Positions 17,198 to 24,532 of a stretch of DNA of 64,000 bases are shown in pieces. The translations under genes and the position numbers were made by a program. A model generated the notes under the pieces. It made no database searches. It saw nothing but the letters and a program-made list of their open reading frames with translations, and was not told the origin of the DNA. Position 1 is the stretch's first letter. Each line of letters opens with the position of its first letter. Origin of the DNA: Escherichia virus TH54; the sequence record MT446420.1; one strand, written 5' to 3'.

Positions 17198-17543
17198 TAC
17201 GAACCTCCTTAATAAATTCTTCGGCACATTTAATTTTGTGCTCTTCTTGTAGGGAAACACATTTTTGTTCCCACGCTTTAACTCGCCCGCGATAACCTTT
17301 ATTCATATGATTTTGATGCCACACGTTTATCAATAACATGCTCAGGACTGTAATAAAAGGTGCTGCAATTACTAGCGTCCAGGCGACTCCAACACTAATG
17401 ATATTCATATCTCCACAAAGCACCATCATTATAACCCCAACGATGCACATGGACAGAGCTCCAAATGGAGGCATAAGGTCTTTATCAATCTTGTCTGCGT
17501 ATACAAATTTTTCTGGTTTACTTGGCAGATATAACGTTCGCAT
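17184..17543 (-). CDS. membrane protein, 2 TM helices
   Basis: 119 aa from MRTLYLPSKPEK; AAGAGG SD; C-terminus EEFIKEVRNGTA. Confidence 0.45.
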   Translation of the reverse strand: MRTLYLPSKPEKFVYADKIDKDLMPPFGALSMCIVGVIMMVLCGDMNIISVGVAWTLVIAAPFITVLSMLLINVWHQNHMNKGYRGRVKAWEQKCVSLQEEHKIKCAEEFIKEVRNGTA

Positions 17544-18075
17544 TTTGAACCTCTTTAGCATATTCACGACATTCAGCAATAAAACGATTAAGCTTACGTT
17601 TCCGTTTACGACATTCTAATGTGTACTCAGCCGCCAAATCAAAAAGCTCATCTTTATCATAATTTTTAATATCAGTATAAGTTGGGCGGCGGTCAACCAT
17701 TCCAAAGTGGTCACCATTTTCCAACATCAAATAACACACCAAATGGTCATCATCGTCCGCATTAATAAGCTGCTTATAATCACTTGGTTCATTTAACGCA
17801 TACACAGAATAACTCAGTCCAGCGAATTCCACTCGTTGAATACCCAGATTTACATCAATAATTTCCAAGGCATCTGCGAAAGAAAGGTCTTCAGCTAAAG
17901 CAAAAATAAAAGGCAATTTGGTAGTATCACCGCGACTTGTTGTTCTTCTTAAGAAATCATTGGAATAGCCCAGGTCACCACGGATTCTATAAAGAACTGT
18001 ATTAGTTTCAGTGGCAAGACCGCTACCACCAAACCAGTCTACATTTGATATAAGGTCAGTGTATAAGCTCATAAT
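17518..18075 (-). CDS. hypothetical protein
   Basis: 185 aa from MSLYTDLISN; GGAGG SD. Confidence 0.45.
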   Translation of the reverse strand: MMSLYTDLISNVDWFGGSGLATETNTVLYRIRGDLGYSNDFLRRTTSRGDTTKLPFIFALAEDLSFADALEIIDVNLGIQRVEFAGLSYSVYALNEPSDYKQLINADDDDHLVCYLMLENGDHFGMVDRRPTYTDIKNYDKDELFDLAAEYTLECRKRKRKLNRFIAECREYAKEVQNANVISAK

Positions 18076-18087
18076 TTTCTCCTCTCC

Positions 18088-18107
18088 CAATTAGGGGGCA
18101 AAGCCCC
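18088..18107 (-). other. intercistronic GC hairpin GGGGGCaaaGCCCCC abutting the downstream SD
   Basis: perfect 6-bp GC stem between stop of 18117-18710 and GGAGAGGAG SD. Confidence 0.4.
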
Positions 18108-18116
18108 CATTTTATC

Positions 18117-18710
18117 TTACTTAAGCGAATTGATATATTCTTCAATGTCAGCGGATGTGGTATCCACACCAACCTGTGGGCCTTTGAAGGTTTCAACACG
18201 CATCAGAGTGTCTTCAATATCAATCTTAGTCAATGCAGCGATTTCAACAACATCATCTGCAGTCGCAATACCTAGGGCAGATACTTTACGGGTTTCGCGG
18301 ATGTATTCCAGTTTAACAGCTAGTTCCTGACGAGAGTCATCTAGCTCTTTAACTTTCAATTTAATTTCATTACGCATTTCAACATAATCATCTGCCTTCT
18401 TACGAAGTTGTTTAGCAGTGCGACGATACAGGAGACCCAGTTTAGCATGGACCTGGACATCTGCACCATCAGCAATCAGTTTGCGGATTTCACGCTCTTT
18501 TGAAGCGGCGAGTTGGTCTTTTTCATTCGCTAACTCGCGGATGCGTTTTTCTTCATTAACAGACTTAACGTGGGCAGTCTGGAGCTCAGTAATCTTGTCA
18601 ATCAGGGTAGAAGCCGCTTGAGTATATTGGTCTTCAATAGACAGGTTTTTTGCCATTGCAGTACCCAGTTTGGAGCGGATGAATTCAACAAGTTTCTTTA
18701 AAGTATTCAT
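18117..18710 (-). CDS. coiled-coil protein
   Basis: 197 aa, highly charged heptad-like sequence; weak resemblance to PspA/IM30-type coiled coils. Confidence 0.45.
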   Translation of the reverse strand: MNTLKKLVEFIRSKLGTAMAKNLSIEDQYTQAASTLIDKITELQTAHVKSVNEEKRIRELANEKDQLAASKEREIRKLIADGADVQVHAKLGLLYRRTAKQLRKKADDYVEMRNEIKLKVKELDDSRQELAVKLEYIRETRKVSALGIATADDVVEIAALTKIDIEDTLMRVETFKGPQVGVDTTSADIEEYINSLK

Positions 18711-18711
18711 G

Positions 18712-18772
18712 GTATTTCCTTCAGTTGGTTAATGTTTTATTATCCAGGGAACATACTATCATGTTCCCAGAG
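18712..18772 (-). promoter_or_regulatory. early promoter (-35 GTTTAC, -10 TAGTAT) inside GGGAACAT inverted repeat
   Basis: minus strand GTTTACAaacctctgggaacatgaTAGTATgttccc. Confidence 0.5.
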
Positions 18773-18785
18773 GTTTGTAAACATT

Positions 18786-19184
18786 TTATTTCATTTTTGC
18801 GAGGCAGATTTCATTGGCTTCCCATTGAGCTTGCTTAATAATAGCTTTGGATACAGGAACCTTTTGACCATAAGTTTTTGACGTTGAGAGAACAATATAT
18901 TTGTTTGCCTCATTATGCCAACCCCATGATTTTTCGCCATGAGTACCTTTAACAACAGCTGACACCTCAACAGAACAACCATCAGCGCCAATCTTGGTAT
19001 CAACAATCCATTCATTTCGCTTAATTGCTGCTTCCAATGTTGCTGCTTCCGCCATCCAGTGCGTTTCAGGGTCTATTTGTTCAATCTCACGAGTTAACGC
19101 AACTCCCAGGTCTTTTGCATATTTTTGTTGTTCAGGAGTTAATGAATCATATAACTTCTTCATTTCTTTATCTTCAATATTCAT
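18786..19184 (-). CDS. hypothetical protein
   Basis: about 132 aa from MNIEDKEMKK; GAGGAAA SD preceded by GGGGCgaaaGCCCC hairpin. Confidence 0.4.
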   Translation of the reverse strand: MNIEDKEMKKLYDSLTPEQQKYAKDLGVALTREIEQIDPETHWMAEAATLEAAIKRNEWIVDTKIGADGCSVEVSAVVKGTHGEKSWGWHNEANKYIVLSTSKTYGQKVPVSKAIIKQAQWEANEICLAKMK

Positions 19185-19218
19185 AATATTTTCCTCAAGG
19201 GGCTTTCGCCCCAATCAT

Positions 19219-19524
19219 TTAGATTTTGTTTTCCTGTACACCATAATAAAGCTCATCAGACACAATATCCAGGATGCGGCGAACATATTCATCATGGTAT
19301 TGACAGTCAAAATCAAATGCAACAGTAGTTTCCGCTTCACGAGTGAATTTAACTTGCACATTCAGGTGATTAACAACGTTAGTTAATTTATCAGTAAAGA
19401 ACTCTTTTGCTACCGCCTGTTGGACTTGCACTTTGAACTTGGTGTTACGAATCATATTTTCAGCAGATGCGAAATTACCAGTTTTATCAAAGTCAACAAG
19501 CGCCAGGTTGATGATGAATTTCAT
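19219..19524 (-). CDS. hypothetical protein
   Basis: 101-aa ORF downstream of promoter cassette. Confidence 0.45.
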   Translation of the reverse strand: MKFIINLALVDFDKTGNFASAENMIRNTKFKVQVQQAVAKEFFTDKLTNVVNHLNVQVKFTREAETTVAFDFDCQYHDEYVRRILDIVSDELYYGVQENKI

Positions 19525-19527
19525 TTT

Positions 19528-19600
19528 ATTCTCCAGTGTTTTATTTGGTAACTCAGTATGGAATCATTATGCCTTAAAGCAGGGGGCTTGTATACCCCCT
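19528..19600 (-). promoter_or_regulatory. early promoter cassette; -35 in loop of GGGGG/CCCCC hairpin; conserved leader
   Basis: minus strand GGGGGTATACAAGCCCCC hairpin, CATAAT -10, leader GATTCCATACTGAGTTACCAAATAAAACACTGGAG. Confidence 0.55.
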
Positions 19601-19606
19601 TTTTAA

Positions 19607-20038
19607 TTAAATTTCAAATTCTTTGCGGAAGTTGGAAGCATAAGACTGAACTGATGCTTTGTTGAATCCAAACTCACGCACAATCATATCAATAACAGCT
19701 CTACGAGCAGCACCATTAGACATATTGACAGTTTTGAACATATCATAGCATAAATCTTTGTTGCTCATGCCGGAGCGTTTAGGTGCCTTACGTTCAGCTT
19801 TAGGAGTAGGTTTAACTTCTGGTTTAACCTGTCCATCATTCAGACCTTTAAAAATTTTACCTGCCAGCGTTGCCAGTTTAGCAGCTTCGCCACGAGTGAT
19901 ACCAAATACTGCCGGGTTAAATGAAATACCTTCAGCTGTCAGACGTTTGAAGAACATACGTGCTGCGGATTGTGCTTCAGCTTCAGAAGAGTTGTTTAAT
20001 GCCAGTTTAATGTACTTAACCAGTTTTGAAGTTTTCAT
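19607..20038 (-). CDS. hypothetical protein, paralog of 20491-20916
   Basis: 143 aa; C-terminus ...ARRAVIDMIVREFGFNKASVQSYASNFRKEFEI matches paralog. Confidence 0.5.
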   Translation of the reverse strand: MKTSKLVKYIKLALNNSSEAEAQSAARMFFKRLTAEGISFNPAVFGITRGEAAKLATLAGKIFKGLNDGQVKPEVKPTPKAERKAPKRSGMSNKDLCYDMFKTVNMSNGAARRAVIDMIVREFGFNKASVQSYASNFRKEFEI

Positions 20039-20041
20039 TTT

Positions 20042-20110
20042 ATTATCCCGTTTGTTTATTTGTTAACTCAGTATGGAATCATTATGTCTTAGTTAAATTC
20101 CAAAGTACAC
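20042..20110 (-). promoter_or_regulatory. early promoter cassette (-35 GTGTAC, -10 CATAAT) with conserved leader
   Basis: same leader block as 33-100 and 19528-19600. Confidence 0.55.
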
Positions 20111-20111
20111 A

Positions 20112-20408
20112 TTAATTTTCAGAAGTTGGGAAATAAACTTCAAAGTCATACATGTTTACTACCGCAGACGCGATTGCCTGGTACTGCATACCTAAGAAAG
20201 TTTTCTTATTCTTGCGCCACAAGTTAACCATTTCTGTTTTGATGCATGCCAGGGAATAGTTGGATGCAGGATACTGTTTGATGATTGCAACAACTTCTTC
20301 AGAAGCAGTTTCACACAATTCATTCAGTTGAGCTTCAATTTTAGCAGAAATGATTGCTTTGTTTTCTTCTTGAGCTTGGGTAGCGTGCCATGCAGGTGCG
20401 TTAAACAT
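20112..20408 (-). CDS. hypothetical protein
   Basis: 98-aa ORF flanked by two promoter cassettes. Confidence 0.45.
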   Translation of the reverse strand: MFNAPAWHATQAQEENKAIISAKIEAQLNELCETASEEVVAIIKQYPASNYSLACIKTEMVNLWRKNKKTFLGMQYQAIASAVVNMYDFEVYFPTSEN

Positions 20409-20411
20409 TTT

Positions 20412-20478
20412 ATTCTCCAGTGTTTTATTTGTTAACTCAGTATGGGATAATTATACAATATCCCACCTGGAAGTAAAA
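20412..20478 (-). promoter_or_regulatory. early promoter cassette (-35 GTTTTAC, -10 TATAAT) with GGTGGGATA inverted repeat
   Basis: hybrid of the two cassette types: leader block plus GGGATA..TATCCC arms around TATAAT. Confidence 0.55.
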
Positions 20479-20490
20479 CACTTTTCTCAA

Positions 20491-20916
20491 TTATTTTTGA
20501 GCTTTGCGGAAGTTGGAAGCATAAGACTGAACAACAGTCTTTTTGATATCATGGGTGGTAACCAGAACATCAATCAGAGCGCGTCGAGCTGCATTATCAT
20601 TCATATCAATTTCTGCAAATGCCTGGAAGCAAATGTCACGGGCGTTACCCGATTTGGACCGGATTTTTTCTTCTTTAACTTCTTCAATTGGGAATTCAAT
20701 CATTTCAGCTTGGATTAATTCAATGATAGATTCTTTTGACTGTTTGGTGTTTACCTTCAGTTCAGAATTAAGGGACTTGGCGATGGCAACAATCTGGGTT
20801 GAAGTCAGATGAATAAGTGCATCTTCACGAATGCAGATTTCACATACTTCGTCAGCAACCATTTTGTTGGTGATGCGGGTAACAGAGAATGCAGAGGTCA
20901 GGGTCAGAAAGTTCAT
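20491..20916 (-). CDS. hypothetical protein, paralog of 19607-20038
   Basis: 141 aa from MNFLTLT; shares C-terminal ..VVQSYASNFRK and a 30-bp identical DNA block. Confidence 0.5.
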   Translation of the reverse strand: MNFLTLTSAFSVTRITNKMVADEVCEICIREDALIHLTSTQIVAIAKSLNSELKVNTKQSKESIIELIQAEMIEFPIEEVKEEKIRSKSGNARDICFQAFAEIDMNDNAARRALIDVLVTTHDIKKTVVQSYASNFRKAQK

Positions 20917-20919
20917 TTT

Positions 20920-20998
20920 ATTTCTCCAAAGTTTTGTTTGATTCAGTGTGTAACTCAGTATGGAATCATTATGCACCCGGTCAATTCGGATGTACACT
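20920..20998 (-). promoter_or_regulatory. early promoter cassette (-35 GTGTAC, -10 CATAAT) with conserved leader
   Basis: GTGTACAtccgaattgaccgggtgCATAAT plus leader block. Confidence 0.55.
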
Positions 20999-21039
20999 AC
21001 TTTTTGAAGAAAATTTCAAATTTATTCGGGGTATAAAAA

Positions 21040-21078
21040 AGCCCCAACCTTTCGGGAGGGGCTATACCTTGTCGGGGT
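21040..21078 (-). terminator. intrinsic terminator downstream of ORF 21101-21484
   Basis: minus strand AGCCCCtcccgaaaggttGGGGCT followed by TTTTTTAT. Confidence 0.5.
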
Positions 21079-21100
21079 TCCACCTGCAAGGCAAGTGTTC

Positions 21101-21484
21101 TTATCCGCGAGCGAATGCCATTGCAGCGCGTTCGTTGGCACGGTCGGTGATGTTCAAGAATTTATCACGAGCGATTTCGATTGGAGCGCCAACCCAGTCA
21201 GCAGCACCATTACCCGGAGACTGTTTAGGACGGACCATATAAGTCGAAACTTTGGAACCGGCTAGTTTGGCACCTGGTGCCGCGGCATTTTTAACGTCTT
21301 TGGCTTTGATGCCAAATCCAGTTACGATACCCCAAGAAACGCCATTAACTGGTTTCTTGAACATAACACGGTCACCAATTGAAACACCAGCTTTTTCTGG
21401 AGCCACTAAAGAAAATTTACCAGCTTCAGTCAGTACGGATTCGGTGATGGTATTGCGATTTAAAAATTCTGCATATGTAAGCAT
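21101..21484 (-). CDS. hypothetical protein, possibly late-expressed
   Basis: 127-aa ORF; exact TATAAATA about 30 nt upstream on minus strand; terminator downstream. Confidence 0.45.
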   Translation of the reverse strand: MLTYAEFLNRNTITESVLTEAGKFSLVAPEKAGVSIGDRVMFKKPVNGVSWGIVTGFGIKAKDVKNAAAPGAKLAGSKVSTYMVRPKQSPGNGAADWVGAPIEIARDKFLNITDRANERAAMAFARG

Positions 21485-21515
21485 TTTGTTTTTCCATTAT
21501 TAGGGTTGTTGTTAA

Positions 21516-21523
21516 TATTTATA
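21516..21523 (-). promoter_or_regulatory. late promoter TATAAATA on minus strand
   Basis: exact T4 late-promoter octamer upstream of ORF 21101-21484. Confidence 0.4.
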
Positions 21524-21529
21524 TTCCAT

Positions 21530-21720
21530 AGTACCGGATGCACCATCCGCTCGGATTTCTCATACTACCGGACGCACCGTCCGCTCTGGAAAAAACTCCG
21601 TTAAAAGGATGCGCCGTTTCAGCTGTGATATAAGGGGACATCAACAAATCGTAAAGATTTATTAATGCCAGTCCTTAAACAGGGAACATCAGTCCGACGA
21701 CTTACCGGTAGCGACCCGGT
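21530..21720 (-). ncRNA. candidate small stable RNA region downstream of tRNA-Arg
   Basis: non-coding 190 nt with tandem hairpins CGGATGcacCATCCG / CGGACGcacCGTCCG showing compensatory changes, plus ACCGGgtcgctaCCGGT. Confidence 0.4.
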
Positions 21721-21723
21721 TTC

Positions 21724-21963
21724 TCATTCAATTGTAATAGCTAATTTGACTTTAACAACCTTATAATTGGAATCAAGGTCATTGAATTCCATAAAATTTG
21801 TTGCTAATCTGCGAGTCGGGAAACTTAGATATTTATTATGCTCAGGTGGAGCAGTTAATGCAAACCATGGGACTTGTTTATCATTTTCATCAAACTCATC
21901 AAAGCTATAAACCAGCTCGTTGTTGGTTATATCCATAACTGCATATGATTCACTAATAACCAT
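21724..21963 (-). CDS. hypothetical small protein immediately 3' of tRNA-Arg
   Basis: 79 aa from MVISESYAVMD; GAGGA SD a few nt after tRNA 3' end. Confidence 0.4.
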   Translation of the reverse strand: MVISESYAVMDITNNELVYSFDEFDENDKQVPWFALTAPPEHNKYLSFPTRRLATNFMEFNDLDSNYKVVKVKLAITIE

Positions 21964-21978
21964 AATATCCTCAGTAAT

Positions 21979-22055
21979 TGGTCGGGGTGGTGGGATTCTA
22001 ACCCACAACCTACGGTTTAGAAGACCGTTGCTCTATACAATTGAGCTACACCCCG
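21979..22055 (-). tRNA. tRNA-Arg (anticodon UCU)
   Basis: hand-folded cloverleaf: acceptor CGGGGTG/CACCCCG, D arm GCTC/GAGC, anticodon loop CTTCTAA, T arm GTGGG/CCCAC, 3' ACCA; ends +/- 2 nt. Confidence 0.8.
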
Positions 22056-22057
22056 GG

Positions 22058-22131
22058 TGGCCCCATCCGGACTTGAACCGGAAACCTGCCAGTTATGAGC
22101 CGGATGCTCTAACCAATTGAGCTACAGGGCC
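22058..22131 (-). tRNA. tRNA with CAU anticodon, probably tRNA-Ile (AUA-decoding) rather than Met
   Basis: acceptor GGCCCTG/TGGGGCC with two G-U pairs, anticodon loop CTCATAA, T arm TCCGG/CCGGA; no encoded CCA. Confidence 0.7.
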
Positions 22132-22136
22132 TAAAA

Positions 22137-22406
22137 TTAAATTACAAATCCAGCGGGAGCATTATCATCTTTAACCATATGCTGAATTGTATGATAAGTC
22201 ATTTCTTCTGGTGCAACCAGATAAGCCGCCGTATTAACCAACGGGATTAATTTGACTTTATTGAATGTTGAACAACCAATTGACATAAAGGTTTCGCCTG
22301 TTGGATGCTGAATTTCGCCAAATTGACACTCATACGAAATAGAGCAACGTTTGGTAGTGGTTGTCTTTGTTTTAGGGTCGTAAAAAGCTAATTTTAATAC
22401 TAACAT
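22137..22406 (-). CDS. hypothetical small protein upstream of tRNAs
   Basis: 89-aa ORF ending 5 nt before tRNA. Confidence 0.4.
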   Translation of the reverse strand: MLVLKLAFYDPKTKTTTTKRCSISYECQFGEIQHPTGETFMSIGCSTFNKVKLIPLVNTAAYLVAPEEMTYHTIQHMVKDDNAPAGFVI

Positions 22407-22526
22407 AATACCTCAAGTAAAATTAAGTAAAGTAAGTTTGATTAATAGCACATGCTATTATGAAAGGTTCTTTGAGGGAAGAACCTTTGGTAATAGAGGG
22501 TACTTATTAATAATAACGCGTTTTTA

Positions 22527-23003
22527 TTAAAGCATATCAAGTGCTTTAACGGATGGGATTTGGATTTCTTCTTCAATGATGTATAGCTTAACATAAGAAA
22601 TTACACGCATGAAATCACCATCATATTCACAAGCCATACCTAAAAGTTCGGTCAGGGCTTCATTTAGGTAGTATTCTTCATCATCGCCATTTAGCAATGC
22701 ATCTAAATCTTCTACACCCAGAACCTTACTTAAAAATTCATGGGTTAACTGACCAGATTTTACACCAGATGCAATGTGGGCGATAACCAAGTGTTTAACC
22801 ACATCCCATTCTGAATTACCACATTTATTGTGGTTGTTGCAATGCGAACCATGGAAAAGTTCCAGGATATATTTGTACTGTTGAATTTCTTGTTCTTCTA
22901 CACCAAATACAGTCTGGGTTTTATAATTATCACCATCATTTTCCCAGGTTTCAATTTCAATCACATAACCTTTAGGGATGGTCTGACCAAATTTGATATT
23001 CAT
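22527..23003 (-). CDS. hypothetical protein
   Basis: 158-aa ORF. Confidence 0.45.
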   Translation of the reverse strand: MNIKFGQTIPKGYVIEIETWENDGDNYKTQTVFGVEEQEIQQYKYILELFHGSHCNNHNKCGNSEWDVVKHLVIAHIASGVKSGQLTHEFLSKVLGVEDLDALLNGDDEEYYLNEALTELLGMACEYDGDFMRVISYVKLYIIEEEIQIPSVKALDML

Positions 23004-23389
23004 TCACATGTTCCTTCATCAACAATAGTATGTGTATTGGCATTGACAATCTGCCACCAGTCAAAACGGTTGGAACCATAACAAGGTTTATTCTCGTTTT
23101 CTTTAATGATAACGCGCAGTTCATCTTCAGTCGCAGCCTTTGCGATTAAGTCAGCATAACCGCCACGAGGATAATAGCTATCACCAGCAAAGAGCAAAAA
23201 GTTTGTTTTGATATTCTTGAATTCTTCAAGAGTGATAACTGTTCCACCAGGTTGAACAATATCTACATAACTATATCCTAATTTCTGTGCTTCGTTTACC
23301 GCTTCAAGCAGGGTGTCATGTGCCCATCCAATTTGACAATCTGGTTTTTCAGATGGATTTGCCTGATAATCCGCGTACACTTTATACAT
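23000..23389 (-). CDS. hypothetical protein
   Basis: ORF from MYKVYADYQ; start chosen just downstream of upstream stop. Confidence 0.4.
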   Translation of the reverse strand: MYKVYADYQANPSEKPDCQIGWAHDTLLEAVNEAQKLGYSYVDIVQPGGTVITLEEFKNIKTNFLLFAGDSYYPRGGYADLIAKAATEDELRVIIKENENKPCYGSNRFDWWQIVNANTHTIVDEGTCE

Positions 23390-23390
23390 T

Positions 23391-23576
23391 TTACTCACCT
23401 TTGGAGATTTTATCCATAACAAAAGAGATTGAACCAATTAAAAATGCAACTACTAAAGAGATTATATTCTCAGAAGTTGAAAGCATATTCAACATAAAGC
23501 CAGCAAACATGCTAAAACCAAAAGCGGTAACAGCAACAAGGGCAGTAACATTTCTAATTAATTCGCAACGTTTCAT
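23391..23576 (-). CDS. small membrane protein, 2 TM
   Basis: 61 aa, hydrophobic (VTALVAVTAFGFSMFAGFML; SLVVAFLIGSISFV). Confidence 0.4.
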   Translation of the reverse strand: MKRCELIRNVTALVAVTAFGFSMFAGFMLNMLSTSENIISLVVAFLIGSISFVMDKISKGE

Positions 23577-23579
23577 TTT

Positions 23580-23633
23580 ATTCTCCTCAGTAGTTGATGG
23601 GATAATTATACGCTATCCCATTCAAATGTACAC
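23580..23633 (-). promoter_or_regulatory. early promoter (-35 GTGTAC, -10 TATAAT inside GGGATAG inverted repeat)
   Basis: minus strand GTGTACAtttgaatgggatagcgTATAATtatccc. Confidence 0.55.
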
Positions 23634-23888
23634 TTATTTTTTAGGGATACGATAGTAACGCATCTCAACATCTTTCTGCTTGTGCCACTTTTTGATAAGG
23701 TCTTCAGAACCTTTAATGGTAACGATGTCATAGCGACCATCATGCGATACTTCAGCACTTAACTGCATGAAGTTGTCTAATGAACGGCGGAATTCTTCAT
23801 TAGAAAAACTGCCACGCGGGGAACCAACATAAGCAAACTCAACTTTTGCATCTGCGGCTTCGTTAATAAATTCTTGATAAGTTTTCAT
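23634..23888 (-). CDS. internal-protein-like, CTS-bearing
   Basis: 84 aa starting MKTYQEFINE. Confidence 0.6.
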   Translation of the reverse strand: MKTYQEFINEAADAKVEFAYVGSPRGSFSNEEFRRSLDNFMQLSAEVSHDGRYDIVTIKGSEDLIKKWHKQKDVEMRYYRIPKK

Positions 23889-23889
23889 T

Positions 23890-23945
23890 AGTAGCTCCAG
23901 TAGTTGATGGGATAATTATACTGCAACTATCCCATCGCGTACATT
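23890..23945 (-). promoter_or_regulatory. early promoter (-35 ATGTAC, -10 TATAAT inside GGGATAG inverted repeat)
   Basis: same architecture as 23580-23633. Confidence 0.5.
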
Positions 23946-24243
23946 ACATTTTTGAACCACGAATTACACCATAAGCGGCGAAGTCGTCAGAAATATCTTT
24001 AGGAGAGTTCTTACCAGTTTCAATGAAGGCAATGCTTGACTTCTGACTAAAAGAGGTAATTTTGTTATAGTTGGAGTCAAGGAAGGTATAACCATTTTTA
24101 CGCAGCTGGTCAAAGTCTTCAGCGTCGCCTTTACCTTTGAAGTCAACCCATTTGTAGGTGTTTTTCTTCTGAAGGCCCAGAGGCCAGGTTTTTGCTTCTG
24201 CCAGGTAATTGTTTTCTACCAAAAATTCATGAAAAGTTTGCAT
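23944..24243 (-). CDS. internal-protein-like, divergent CTS
   Basis: 99 aa starting MQTFHEFLVE. Confidence 0.5.
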   Translation of the reverse strand: MQTFHEFLVENNYLAEAKTWPLGLQKKNTYKWVDFKGKGDAEDFDQLRKNGYTFLDSNYNKITSFSQKSSIAFIETGKNSPKDISDDFAAYGVIRGSKM

Positions 24244-24251
24244 TTGAAATC

Positions 24252-24524
24252 CTATTTTAGATAAATTGCATATTTTTTATAACCAGCCGTCTCATGACGG
24301 AGACCCTTGTCATTGGCAAAACGCTCAATGTTATTAATTTGGTTCTGGTCAAGTTCTGAAATGTCAAACGCGAAAAAGTTGCGTTTGTTGCCAATTGTTA
24401 TATGGTCAGTTAAGTCAATGCTATACAGGTGATTGATATTGTCAATCATAGCTTTGACTGCTTTACTAATTTTTACTTCTTCATTCAGTTGGGACTCGTT
24501 GAAAAATTCATTGAAAGTTTTCAT
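24252..24524 (-). CDS. internal-protein-like, divergent CTS
   Basis: 90 aa starting MKTFNEFFNE. Confidence 0.5.
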   Translation of the reverse strand: MKTFNEFFNESQLNEEVKISKAVKAMIDNINHLYSIDLTDHITIGNKRNFFAFDISELDQNQINNIERFANDKGLRHETAGYKKYAIYLK

Positions 24525-24532
24525 AAGAAACC

